In this document: positions 38,617 through 51,048 of the stretch, one piece after another | How positions within the stretch are numbered: position 1 is the stretch's first letter | How the letters are laid out: the number at the start of each line of letters is the position of its first letter | Assembly: GCA_964106645.2 (NCBI GenBank) | Contig: OZ067040.1 | Strand: one strand, 5' to 3' | DNA: 64,000 nucleotides | From: Podarcis pityusensis | Taxonomy: Eukaryota | Translations under genes and position numbers: made by a program | The notes under the pieces: model-generated | What the model was told of the DNA's origin: nothing | What the model saw: the letters and a program-made list of their open reading frames with translations, nothing else | Database searches by the model: none

Positions 38617-39350
38617 AACATAAAAAGAGCTTGCTGGATCAGGCCAAAGACCCATCCAGTCCAGCATCCTGTTCTCACAGTGCCCAACCGTATGCTTGTA
38701 CGAAAGCAGCGAGCAGAACATGAGCACTACAGCAATCTCCCCTCCTGTGGTTTCCAGCAACCGGTATTCAGGGACGTGGGTGGCGCTTTGGTCTAAACCA
38801 CTGAGCCTCTTGGGCTTGCCGATCAGAAGGTCAGTAGTTCAAATTCGCACAACCAGGTGAGCTCCCGTTGCTCTGTCCCAGCTCCTGCCAACCTAGCAGT
38901 TCAAAAGCATGCCAGTGCAAGTAGATAAATAGGTACCGCTGTGGCGGGAAGGTAAACGGCGTTTCCGTGCGCTCTGGCTTCTGTCACGGTGTTCTGTTGC
39001 GCCAGAAGCGGTTTAGTCATGCTGGCCACATGACCTGGAAAGCTGTCTGTGGACAAATGCCAGCTCCCTCGGCCTGAAAACGAGATGAGCACTACAACCT
39101 CATAGTAGCCTTTGACTGGACTTAACCGTCCAGGGGTCCTTTACCTTTTTTTACCTATTCAGAAGCATGGTTGCCTCCGACTGTGGCCATACAGCATTAG
39201 CCATGATGGCTGGTAGCCTTTGGTGGTCCTCTCCTCCTTGGATTTGTCAAATCCTCTTTTAAAGCCATCCAAGCTGGTGGCCATCACCGCCTCATGGTGA
39301 AGCAAGTTCCAAAGTTTGACTGTGCTGTACTTTCTCAAAGAAAGAAGAAG
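38617..39350 (-). mobile_element. CR1 3' fragment (second family) interrupted by a Sauria SINE
   Basis: VKLWNLLHHEAVMATSLDGFKRGFDK resembles the CR1 ORF2 C-terminus; its 3'UTR continues on the far side of the SINE to aacataaaaagagc. Confidence 0.75.
38771..39155 (+). mobile_element. Sauria SINE
   Basis: gggacgtgggtggcgc head, cctttacctttt tail; TSD tattcag (38765-38771, 39156-39162). Confidence 0.9.
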
Positions 39351-39590
39351 TACTTTCTGAAATGGTTCAGGACCCCTGTCCTCACCCATGTGGGAACAGA
39401 ATTCTAAACAAGATCCAGCACTGGAAGCCTTTACTCCTTGCTGGAGAAGACAACTATTGTGAAACTCCTTTGCGCATGACATCTCTGCTCCCTTTTCATA
39501 TAATCCAAGCCTTATGTTTCTGGATGAGAACAGTTACGTGGAAAGCCAACACATCTCCTCGACAGCAAATGAATCATGTTCCTTCCAGAC

Positions 39591-39604
39591 TCACTAGGTG
39601 GCAG
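39591..39604 (+). promoter_or_regulatory. CTCF-like motif
   Basis: tcactaggtggcag matches CCACYAGRKGGCRS at 13 of 14 positions; motif match only. Confidence 0.3.
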
Positions 39605-40140
39605 TCTTCACAGGGCTAAGAAAGCGCCTTACAACATAAAGAGAATCCGTAACCAACCAGGAGGCAGACAAGAGTCTTTGCCGAACAATCTTTATATTAT
39701 AGTGGATAGCTCCAATTTCCAATATAAATCCCAACACTTGGAACATTGCGCAGATACTCTGCTTCATCAGCAACTTTCAAGTTTCTACAGTCTTCCAAAT
39801 GAACACTTTTCACCACAATCCCTTATTCCTCCAAGAAAACATTCAACACTGTTTCTTCCAGTACACTAGTATCTACAAAACATGCCTAGTTTGGAGGAGG
39901 AAAATTTAGGGGGAATTACTTGGGAGACTCTAATGGCAATGCATACATTGGACTTTTTTGTTTTAAAATTAATACAGTTTTTATTACGCTTGTGTAAGCA
40001 TTAAAAGAAAAAATAGATAAAAAACAAATGAGAGTTGATATACTCTCCCCCCCCCCCAAAAGCAGAAGCTTCCATTCTGCCCGTTGTGAAACATGATATC
40101 TCTTTGGATAAGGCTGGTAACATTTGCTCTTGTGTTCTTA

Positions 40141-40342
40141 AGAATAATAGAATTGTAGAGTTGGAAGTGACCATGAGGCTCATCTAGTCCAATCCCCTGC
40201 AATTCAGAATCTCAGCTAAAGCATCCAGGACAGATGGCAATCCAACCTCTGCTTAAAAACCTACAATGAAGGTGAGTCCACCACCTTCTAAGGGACTCTA
40301 TCCCACTGTCAAACAGCTCTTCCATCAGAAAGTTCTCCCTGA
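40141..40342 (-). mobile_element. CR1 LINE 3' fragment
   Basis: agaattgtagagttggaag...tccaacctctgcttaaaaacct...ccactgtcaaacagctct, collinear with 20745-20935. Confidence 0.85.
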
Positions 40343-41259
40343 CTTACAAACTAAACTAAACCGTGTGTATGCACAGGGACATGAATAGCCGTGTGTATGC
40401 CAAGAGTGGAAATACGTAGTGGAGGCCGAGGAGGAGTGACGAGAGGGGAGAGAAAACACAGCCCCCGGAGATGTTCCCTCAAGCTCCACCTACTAGTGTG
40501 GATTCCTGGCAGTGGAATAGCATTGTGTATTATGTTTGAAAATGGGGGGAATATGTGAAAGCTAACTTGCCAAACACAAACACAGAAAATTCAGGTCTGA
40601 ATTATGCATTTGCAGTATAAAAACTCGCATCTGGAAGTACTCCATATCTCGGTGAAATGACCTTGTAGATGGCAGCATACCCCCAGTCTCGTACTAGTTG
40701 CTCATCATGCATAGTGCATATCAGAGAATAAAAGGTTTTGGAGTTCTATGAGACAACTCTCAAACTCCCCCCTGCCCTGCAGATCTTATATATGTTTGCT
40801 CATGGTGTGTGGGTATGTATGCGAGAGAGAGTTTGATTTAAAAAGGGGGGGGGGGGGAGAAGCACCAGAAAAATCAAGAGGCCTTTAAGGAAAATAATTT
40901 ACAGCTGCTGACAACTCTGTGAGATTAGCTTATCCTCAACAAGTGAGAAATTTTCCAAACATTATCAGAATGAAAGAAGCTGTGAAATAGCAGCCTTGTG
41001 TTTTCTGTAACATTAGCTAAACAGAGGCCGGCATGTTCACATTATGTTGGGTGCTCCTTCTTTCCTAATTAATCAATCAATCATGTTTCAACAGTTTGGA
41101 CAGAAATTCTGGCTTTGCTTCTTTACTATAGGAAGCATGAGCTTGTGGCAGACACTAGAAGGCAGGGAGCCCCTAAGAAAGGCTGCTCCTCCCAAGGTGT
41201 GCTTTCTTCTTGGCAATGTTAAAGCTTTAACAGCCAGTCCAGCTGGATTCTATATATAG

Positions 41260-41396
41260 CAGGGATGGGGAACTTGCGGGCCTCCAGATGTTGTTGGGCT
41301 GCAACTCCCATCAGCCCCAGCCAGCATGGCCAACGGTCAGAAATGATGGAGGCTCATAGCAGCACCATCTGGAGGGTACCACACTGACTACCCCTG
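41260..41396. mobile_element. hAT MITE (family of 99-234)
   Basis: cagggatggggaac...cctccagatg / catctggagg...cccctg. Confidence 0.7.
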
Positions 41397-41465
41397 ATTT
41401 ATCTGAACGTAAATGCAAATTTGTTTATTGCTTTATTGCTTTGAAACTCAGCACCTGACTCTTTC

Positions 41466-41896
41466 CAATAGTGATGTATGGAAGTGAAAGCTGGACCATA
41501 AAGAAGGCTGATCGCCAAAGAATTGATGCTTTTGAATTATGGTGCTGGAGGAGACTCTTGAGAGTCCCATGGACTGCAAGAAGATCAAACCTCTCCATTC
41601 TGAAGGAAATCAGCCCTGAGTGCTCACTGGAAGGACAGATCGTGAAGCTGAGGCTCCAATACTTTGGCTACCTCATGAGAAGAGAAGACTCCCTGGAAAA
41701 GACCCTGATGTTGGGAAAGATGGAGGGCACAAGGAGAAGGGGATGACAGAGGACGAGATGGTTGGATAGTGTTCTCGAAGCTACCAGCATGAGTTTGACC
41801 AAACTGCGGGAGGCAGTGGAAGACAGAAGTGCCTGGTGTGCTCTGGTCCATGGGGTCACGAAGAGTCGGACACGACTAAACGACTAAACAACAACA
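41466..41896 (+). mobile_element. Bov-B LINE 3' fragment
   Basis: MYGSESWTIKKADRQRIDAFELWCWRRLL..; (CAA)n tail; 13-bp TSD acctgactctttc (41453-41465, 41897-41909). Confidence 0.95.
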
Positions 41897-43413
41897 ACCT
41901 GACTCTTTCTTCAGCAGGCAAAGATATAGGCATTGATACAGATGCATGCACACACTTTAGTTATACTCATCAGCATGTGGTTACGCGTTGAGAATATACA
42001 TGTCTGCTCACTAGAACAGAGAGTTAATTTGAATACTTGGTCATACTATTTAAGTTTGCTCTGAAACTGTTTATCTGCTTCATTGCAGTAGCAACAGAAC
42101 ATCTTGATCCACGGTAATTAATTGCTGCAATGAATATTTGGGGTGGGTTTTTTTGGCTTCAGAAACTCTCTTCTTCAACTAAAACCATGGTTCCTTGTCA
42201 GTGAATAATTGCTCTCATATGTTATTATGGAAACAAGGCCCTTCTTCAAAGACTGCATGAGTGTTCCACAGAAGCATGAAAGATCACCAGAGTTGAGCAT
42301 TACCTTGTGCTCTGTTGATGACATACCAACATTTCAGCGAACAGTTTATTCTTTCTCTCTTTTTCTTCTTCTTTAATGTCATCTCTTTGGCCTTCCTTCC
42401 CTAAGCCTCTCCTGCTTGGCCTTCACATATTTATGTACCGGAGAACATTTTGGGGAAAGAATGCAGGAGATGTGCAGTGTGCTCGGAACAAATCCAGAGA
42501 AACTGAAAATGGGAAAGGTTCAGTCAAGTCATCTGTCTATAAGAGGCAGGTTGTTCTGGATGATGCAGAAAGGAACTTCATTGAGAACACATGTCTTGTC
42601 AAAATACACGTGATGGGGTGGGAAGGACTGAATGCAGGCACTCCACAAAAGGGCAAGTCATAGCAGGCAAACTCCAGGGATCATCTAAGGAACAAAGGAT
42701 CCCGGGGAAGAGAAAACATGAGGTGTGCACATGTATTAGGGTGGGATATTCCGCTAGTGCCGTTGTGTTTGAGGAGCTTCCAAATGAATTACAGGTGGGA
42801 GGGTTGAGCCAGTAGTACATCTGAAGAGAGGAATCTGATGCAAGCAAACTGGCATCTGACTGTTTAATCTTTCCATTAACCTGGACTGCCTGTTTTGTCA
42901 CTTTGGACATAAATAAGATAATGATATTTGAAAGTTAAGGCTGTCTTCACAAGTGAGGTTTAAATATTCAGCAACTTGATTTCTGCTGCTCCAGAGGGTG
43001 CCACTCAAGCCAGTGGAATGAAATTAGAAGAGAAAGGATTTAGCCCAGCTATTGCTAACCTGGTGCCTTCCAGATGTTTTGGACTACAGCTCCCATAAGC
43101 CCCCACCAGCACAGCATCTGGAGGCTGCCAGGTTCTAGTTGATTTGGATTAAACATGAGGAGGTACTTCCTGATAGTACAAGCTGTTTAATGGTTGAACA
43201 TTCTGCCTTAGAAAGTGGTGGGTTGTCCTTCATTAGAGCAATAGGTGGATAGATACTGTTCTAGTGGATTTCCCACATCAGAAGAGAGTTCAATGGAGAG
43301 AAAGTCCAGTAGCATTCACTGGTAGATCTCTGGCTGATTTGCAGTAGATTGCTAAGGGTTTCCAATAACAAAGAGTAAGGGGGGAAGTTTCCCATCTAAT
43401 TTAGGCTGCTGAA

Positions 43414-43568
43414 ATGACATCCCCACCCTATTTTTAAAGCACACGACGTCCCTCAAAGAACCCTGGGAACTGTAGCTTACCCCTCAGAGAGCTACAATTC
43501 CCAGCACTTTTAACAAACTACAGTTCCCAGGATTTCTTTGTGCTTTAAATGCATAGTGTGGATGTGAT
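43414..43568. mobile_element. Palindromic MITE (related copy at 55210-55378)
   Basis: Nested inverted arms tttaaagcac / gtgctttaaa and cctgggaactgtag / ctacagttcccagg. Confidence 0.7.
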
Positions 43569-44290
43569 GGACATTTGATTACAAGGACTCTGGACTCTGT
43601 TCAGCTACAATACTGAAAACAAGTTCTGAGGCTCAGAATGTGTTCAGATACACACTGTTCTATAATGCTAACTGTAAGTTAGGATTTCACTTACAGCTAA
43701 GTTTGGTAGGCTCTGGGGTTCTAGATCTGATGAGCCTAAAGTTTGTGCACTCCTGAACCACATGACCTTTGAAGTGCTGTGCTGTGGATTTATAATCTGT
43801 GAGCTCTTATGTTGATGCGTAATTGTTGCACAGGCAGGAGAATGCCTATACGCCTCTTTGGGAGTCAAAACAAACAAGATGGACACTATTTTTGCTGAAT
43901 ACAAAGAAACTAGAGGAAGCACAGGGTGGTTTTTGTTTATTAGCACATGGAAACGAAATGTAGCATTTTTAACTGAGTCAGTGTTGCCACCGTAATTTTT
44001 TTCTTCTTTTTCTAAAACCATGTAAGTCAGCACATTTTATGAGCACGAGCAGGGAGGCCATAGAATATAATTATTTGTTATATTATTTTATGTAAATATT
44101 TGCAGAGTGTAACGTTGCATGAAATTTGACTGAGACAGAGTAACCTAATAACTGTTCGCCTGCATTTCTTGGTTAAAAAGTAGACGTATGCCAACACTCA
44201 AAATGTAATATGCAAACTGGGTCAACCATATTTGGAGGATGGTGGCATACTGTGAAGTCCTGATTTCAACCTGCCGCTGCCTTTTGGTTA

Positions 44291-44524
44291 CAGTGGTACC
44301 TTGGGTTACAGACACTTCAGGTTACAGATGCTTCAGGTTACAGACTCCGCTAACCCAGAAATAGTACCTCGGGTTAAGAACTTTGCTTCAGGATGAGAAC
44401 AGAAATCTCACGACGGCAGCAGCAGGAGGCCCCATTAACTAAAGTGGTACCTCAGGTTAAGAACAGTTTCAGGTTAAGAACGGACCTCCAGAACGAATTA
44501 AGTTCTTAACCCGAGGTACCACTG
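44291..44524. mobile_element. Tigger/pogo-like MITE, subfamily B
   Basis: TIR cagtggtaccttgggtta / taacccgaggtaccactg; internal cttcaggttaca repeats; TA left, TG right. Confidence 0.9.
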
Positions 44525-45270
44525 TGCAGTGAATATGGTAGGAGTGCCTTTCAGTTCAAACCAAGTTTTTTGAGTGTGAATAGACTGCTTCTCATTTGTC
44601 GGGTATGGTAGTCATTGTTTGAAAATTAGTTTTAACTTGCTTATATGAATATGTCTGTTTGTGGCCAAAACCACAAATATATTAACCAACAGAAACTGGG
44701 CTTTTGGAATATCAGAAAACAGAAAACATCCTGTTAGCCACTCAAATTGGGCAGTTAAACTGCCCAAGGAAGAGAACAAATGCCCATTTTGCTCCTGACT
44801 TATATTCATGGACTTTGCTCAGCATCCTCTGACTTCCTGCTAACTGTTTCTCTTTATCAGTAGCAAACCCATTGAACAGCAGTGATAATAGACACATGGG
44901 ATTCATTAAATGAGTAATACACTTTGCTTATGTGCCATTTCAGCCCTTTGGGAGGTCTACTTTTCATTCCTGAGAAGGATTTCCTTTCTTGGATAGGATT
45001 TCTCCATATCTGAAGAACACCACAACATTATTTGAATTTATTGGAACACACAAGTATTGCCACTAGAACAATTTCCATTTTCAAGTTCCTTCAACTCAAG
45101 AGCTGGCTGAAATGCATTAACATGAACAAACATGACCGCCCAGCAAGACAGTGACAGTCTGCATCCAGTAAAGTATAAGGTACAGTCATGGATAAGGACA
45201 ATGACCCTCTAGATATAGATAAGGGCAAACTTATTGGCTGCATGATGGAAGCCCATCTCTTTAATCAGTA

Positions 45271-45630
45271 AAGGTAAAGGTAAAGGTACCCCTGCCCGTA
45301 CGGGCCAGTCATGTCTGACTCTGGGGTTGCGTGCCCATCTCGCTTAAGAGGCCGGGGGCCAGCACTGTCCGGAGACACTTCCGGGTCACGTGGCCAGCGT
45401 GACAAGCTGCATCTGGCGAGCCAGCGCAGCACACGGAAACGCCGTTTACCTTCCCGCTAGTAAGTGGTCCCTATTTATCTACTTGCACCCGGGGGTGCTT
45501 TCGAACTGCTAGGTTGGCAGGCGCTGGGACCGAGCAACAGGAGCGCACCCCGCCGCGGGGATTCAAACCGCCGACCTGACGATTGGCAAGTCCTAGGCGC
45601 TGAGGTTTTACCCACAGCGCCACCCGCGTC
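45271..45630 (-). mobile_element. Sauria SINE
   Basis: (ACCTTT)n tail, CpG-rich body; 13-bp TSD tctttaatcagta (45258-45270, 45629-45641). Confidence 0.92.
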
Positions 45631-45729
45631 TTTAATCAGTACACGACAGCAAATGATTTGTTGTTTGCAACTATGTCACAGCTCAGGGCCGCAATAACTC
45701 AATGGCCACCACTCCCCATATAAACCAGC

Positions 45730-46090
45730 CCAGACCCTGCACTCATCTGAGGCCTTCTTCATGTGTCCCCTCCATGAGAGGTCCAGAAGGTGGCAACATG
45801 AGAGCAGGCCTTTTCTGTGGAGGCTTCGTGTTTGTGGAATGCTCTCCCCAGGGAGACTCGCTGGGCACCATCATTGTTTATCTTTAGGCCCCAGACAGAA
45901 ACTTTCCTCTATAACAAGCTTTTAACTATCTGTGGCCTTTTAGAAGTGGGTGGGATGTTTTTAATGTATTTCTCTTTCCTCTTTCTCTTTCAAGGTATCT
46001 GTATGGGGTTTATTGTCTGTTTGTTTGGTTGTAAGTTGCTTTGAGTTGCCCTGGGCAAGATAAAGTGATTGACAAATTTAATAAATAAAC
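45730..46090 (+). mobile_element. Degraded L2-type LINE 3' fragment
   Basis: gcaggccttttctgtgg...tgtggaatgctctccc (RAFSV..LWNALP) followed by an AT-rich 3' end with aataaataaa. Confidence 0.6.
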
Positions 46091-48329
46091 AATATCAATT
46101 AAAAGAGAAAAGCACCTGGATAATTTGAAACAATTGAGATAATAAACAAACAGCTTAGGTTGTCCCATAATTTAATAGTAAGGAGCAGTGGCATAGTGTG
46201 GGTTGCCAGGGCATGGGGCCACACAGAGCAGGGAAGGAGGGAGGGAGGGAAACAGAGGGAATATATATGCATATTCAACTGCCCAACACCATCCACATCA
46301 CCCAGGATATCACAGCCACATAGATAAGAAAAGACCTTGTTCCATTGTCTGGGGAAGTCACTTCCTGGTTCACATGGAGAAGCTGTTTTCAACGGATCCC
46401 AACAACAGAAGTACGCAGCTGTATTGAGGCAGCACCGGGTGTTGAAATTTTTCCCTCCTAACAACTTTGCGCCCAGAGCAACTGCCCCTATTCTCCACAC
46501 ACACACCACACCACACTATTAGTAAGGAGAAGTCAACCAGATATAGCTTCCTATGGGCATCTGGTTGAGCACTGACCAGATGACTCATCTGGCTCTTCTT
46601 AGTTCTTTTGCTAGAATGTCAGATAAGGCACTGCATAATATACAGTTGATGGATGTTCCTCTGTTTTCTCAAATTGCAGCACTTCAGTATGAAATGCAAC
46701 TTACAGCTGTCCTATGAGGGGGGAAATGAACATGGAAACACACTCTTCCAATGGCAAGAGGAAGCATAGTTCCTCTGAACTGCATTGATTTCAGTGAGGC
46801 CTGTTTTCACATAAATTTGTTTAGGATTCTGCCTGCTAAAAGACTGCAAATAGTTAAAAACCATGTAGTTATGTCACATGCTAATTTCTGCTGTTCCCAA
46901 GAAACCTGTAGCAAAATAACTGTACAAAGCCAAAGAAGAAGGCATGGTTTTTCCAACGTACCAGGTCCCTGAAAGTGAGACGTTGGCTCTTATTCTGCTA
47001 TAGAAACTGCTGACCCTCTTGTCAGCAACTCATAGGTTCATTGGCAGACAATTTTGAGAAGGCTGTAAAGTCCAAGTGCACAAAGCTTCTTGCCAGTTGG
47101 CTATTTTTCCAGCATCACCCTTCCCTATATCTCTCTTTTGCTTTTCTCTTCCTTCCTGCTGTTTCTTGCAATATGAAGGTGTGTTGAAGAACTATAGAAT
47201 GTGAGGACATGATTTACCAGCAAGTTGTTGGCAACAGCCATGTATCCCCTGTTTCACACAGGCTTTGCATGAAATCTTTGGAGTAACTTGAGAAAGAACC
47301 TTGTATCTGGAGTTCGAGAAAGAGTTGTATAATGTCTGGACCTCAGTGTCTCTCGGTTGTTGATTCATACTGAAGGCATGACAGTTGGAGAAAAGATTGC
47401 TCCATTTGCATTTTAGATGTCAGAACAGATCGGTTTGAGCTTGTGGGTAGATTTATTCCCACTAGCTGTAGTTACGTCTAGCAATAATGCACAAATTATC
47501 GATAGCATTGTTTGTTTCTATCCTGCTTTTTCTCCCAAACAAACCCAGGGTATTACATGAATAAAATTAAAACAAAATAAAATACTGTAATCATTTAAAA
47601 ATGTTAAGAACATCTAAAAATGTGTAGTGCTTGTATGTTCTGCAGAACATTATTGCCCCAAGCAATCCCAAATATATCCAAGACATGTAATACATTGACT
47701 ACAGACTCCTCTCAGGGAGCTTGCAAGCTCACACATTCATGCTAAGCCATGATTTGGCTTCATGTGACCTCTGAACCAGGTCACAGCCAAAGAATCTTCC
47801 TCTAGATGAAGAATTTCTCCTCACAGTTGAAAGAAACTGGTGCCATGTGCATCACTTTAGATGCTTAAAGCCTTTCTATTTTTGCAGGTTTTCTCAGAAG
47901 GAGGAGTTATCCAAAGGCAGTATTTGTGTTGGCAGTTTTTGAGCACTGCATTTTATCTATTTTATTTTCTTCTACGTTTATGATGTTGTTCAAAGCTTAG
48001 TGGTTAAAAAATATTTCTAATAAATAATATTCCGGGGTGTGGGGAATAAGCTCTGGAGATGCATGCCTGTATTTCTTTTGCTTCTTTTCTTTAAGCCCCA
48101 GGCTGAAACAAAAATGTTGATTGTTATCTATTTTATAATTTTATGCTATCCACTTGCTTTTAATGCCAATTTTACTGGTACCTTCTTACAAATATTTTAT
48201 ACTGTTTTATGTAAACTGCTTAGAGGCTGCTTTTTTATTTATTAAGTGGTGTATCGGTCATGCTAAATGAAATAAATAAATGGCCAGTGTTTTCAAATGC
48301 ACTCTTCATGGGGAATATATACACTTATA

Positions 48330-48409
48330 CAGGGTGAATCTTTTAAAAGAGGCCCCGTGGAACATGTGTACTCTGTATCCACGGGGCCTCTTTTAAAGTA
48401 CTCTCCCTG
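48330..48409. mobile_element. 80-bp hairpin Tc1/mariner-type MITE
   Basis: TA|caggg...ccctg|TA; 32-bp arms with a perfect inner 20 bp tttaaaagaggccccgtgga; 16-nt spacer. Confidence 0.85.
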
Positions 48410-49314
48410 TACATACATTGTGCTCCCACTCACACACATTGCATAGGTAGCCCAACTAGTGGGAAAGAGAATTCTCATAGTTTGGTTCTTTCTTCTTTCC
48501 ACTGTAATACATAAGTATACCAGAGTAATAGGGAGTAACCAGGAGCAGAATACCACAGGTGATATAATTCAGTGATGCTGGTCAATGACTGGCTTTCTGT
48601 GAATGCTGTTTTCCATCCCACTGGTTACAGTTGACATGTAAATGATTGTGGAAGGAGTGACCACACTGCTTTGTTCCACCACTAATAGCTGTTGTACCAC
48701 TTGAACCTACTACTCACATCTTCAATGGTAGTTATTAGCTAATAACTACACTGCTGGAATTCCTGCAGTGCTGTAATTACCTCAAAACCAGCAGATGCGG
48801 CTGACATTACTTTCTCTTTTTCTTAATGCTCATATGTTCCTAAGAGACTCAGCAATTACTTTCTCCTTTAGAAGGTGTTCAGTACTTAAAAATATTGATG
48901 AGCTTCAGAAGATCAGATTTTCTTTCTCCGTAAAAGGCCATTGTAGCCTGTGGACAAGACTGGATGGAGAAATAGGCCCTGAAGAAGTCAGGAACAGGGA
49001 TGTAGCGGAGGGAAGACGGAGACAGGGGAGCACAGCTCTAGGGCTTTTATCAGAGCAGAAACAAAGACATCATCTGCTGGAGCGCTAGAGGAACTGACTG
49101 ACCCTCCTTGCTCTGGAAGTAATGAGGATTTTAGGTTTGTTTGTGTCAGATTGGCATAAAAAGGTGATACAAGGCTGGAGTTAACATTAGGTAGAAGGTG
49201 GCAGCCACTTTGGCAGCAGACACTGGCAGGTACAGAGCAATGATGAGGTGCTGGAGCCCTGCTCTGGAGCCCTGAGCAAGCCTGCTGTTCTCAAATAATC
49301 ATAGATAGTGGATA

Positions 49315-49453
49315 ATCATAGAATCATAGAATTGTAGAGTTGGAAGGGACCACAAGGGTAATCTAGTCCAACCCCCTGCAACGCAGGAATCTTTTGTCCT
49401 ATGTGGGGCTCAAACCCACGACTCTGAGATTAAGAGTCTCGTGCTCTGCAGAC
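49315..49453 (-). mobile_element. tRNA-Lys(CTT)-derived SINE with CR1 3' tail
   Basis: Minus strand agagcacgagactcttaatctcagagtcgtgggtttgagccccac matches tRNA-Lys-CTT (5' stem missing), joined to gcagggggttggact..cccttgtggtcccttccaactctacaattctatgattctatg. Confidence 0.88.
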
Positions 49454-50489
49454 GTCACCGGCAATCAAGTAAGAAGATTCTGTTCCCGTCTGACCAACCT
49501 ATGTTTGTGGAATGTGGAGAGACATCTAGTCCTTTGCGTCAGTCTCCAAACTGATCAATTAAACAATTTGAAAACATACCATAAAAACATTTTAAAATAG
49601 TTATAAAGACAGGAAAAGAAAAGAGCTGAAGAATAGAGTACAAAACCAATACAAAATAAACATCAAAGGTTGAGTCTTGCGGATTCTTTGTTAAAATGTA
49701 TTTCACAAGTTGAATCTGTGGAGCCATAAGCAAGCAGCACTGTTAGTGAATCTCCCTCACAAGAAACTATGCATAAGACTGAAACCATGCTGATTGTAAT
49801 AACCTGGGTATTATGCCATATACGGCTGTTCTTCAGTGTGCATGTGTATAATAATGGATCAGCATGGATGCATGCAACATTTACTCCTTGGAAGCATGGC
49901 TTTCATGGTGCACTTATTGGGAAGACCTAGTTCTCCAAATGCACCCAAATGCAGTGCTGTGTCATCATGGCTCGTTGTTCATCCAGCCATCTCCAGTGGT
50001 AATTTCTTAAGACCATAGATTGCACTTTCTGGAGATTAATCTTCATGTCACAAAAGGGCCATGCAACTACCCACCCATGTACAAAGCCCTTCGAATACTA
50101 CAGGCTTGTCCTTTCATGTCCATGACAGGAAAAGGGATGTGTTACCAGCCCCCAAGTCAGAATAAAAGCACTGAATACATGAGACCAGCTGCCAACAATA
50201 TCAACTTGTACTTTTATTTGTGGTGGAAAAAGACATGGGACACAGAACTCTTTATTCCTGGGTTGTAAAAATACAGGCTCTGATCCAGCTACAGTTCACT
50301 GGAACAAAGTCTTGCTGAACACTATAGAATTTAAGTTAGCTATAACTAATGTTTTCCATTGGTTTCAATGGAGTTTAGTAAAGACTAGCTTTAGGTGGCT
50401 CATGGAAACATTCACATCCTTGACACAATTAGAATTTCTAGGATCGAAACAAGGTCTAACTCCGATTCATGATTTTGAAATCAATCATT

Positions 50490-50737
50490 ACCTGTGTGGT
50501 GTAGTGGTTAAGAGTGGTAGACTCATAATCTGGTGAACCGGGTTCGCGTCTCCGCTCCTCCACATGCAGCTGCTGGGTGACCTTGGGCTAGTCACACTTC
50601 TCTGAAGTCTCTCAGCCCCACTCACCTCACAGAGTGTTTGTTGTGGGGGAGGAAGGGAAAGGAGATTGTTAGCCGCTTTGAGACTCCTTCAGGTAGTGAT
50701 AAAGTGGGATATTAAATCCAAACTCCTCTTCTTCTTC
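50490..50737 (+). mobile_element. tRNA-derived CORE-type squamate SINE
   Basis: A-box tggtgtagtgg, B-box ggttcgcgtct, core gctgggtgaccttgggctagtca, (CTT)n tail. Confidence 0.85.
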
Positions 50738-51048
50738 TAATAACTCTAGTTATTGTGTGTCCAACACGTGGAGGATGTTATTGTCAAATCAACACTGAAA
50801 GTTGGCAGTGGGGCCAGCACTCATGAGTTCCCATCACATATTGATCATCCCTGGATGCCCTGCTATCCACACAGGAATATATGGTTGAGTCTTACAATAT
50901 GGTCTAAAAATCAGAGGTAGGTAACTTTTTCTTTCTGAAGAAAAAAAAATAAAAATTTTTAAAAAATTAAAAATTTAAAAAATTCAAACAAGTTCACTTA
51001 GCCAGGTATATATATACGCACAAAATGTCATCTGAACAGAAAGGAGTA

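Noticed and set aside
42296-42910. Cluster of ORFs and a minus-strand AAG|GTAATG donor at about 42303
   Set aside because: All three minus frames hit stops within 200 nt of the donor; peptides not recognisable.
47888-48020. Acceptor-like ctttctatttttgcAG
   Set aside because: No matching donor or recognisable peptide downstream.
49390-49453. Functional tRNA-Lys gene
   Set aside because: 5' acceptor stem and part of the D arm are missing, the T-loop is mutated, and it is fused to a CR1 tail; it is a SINE.
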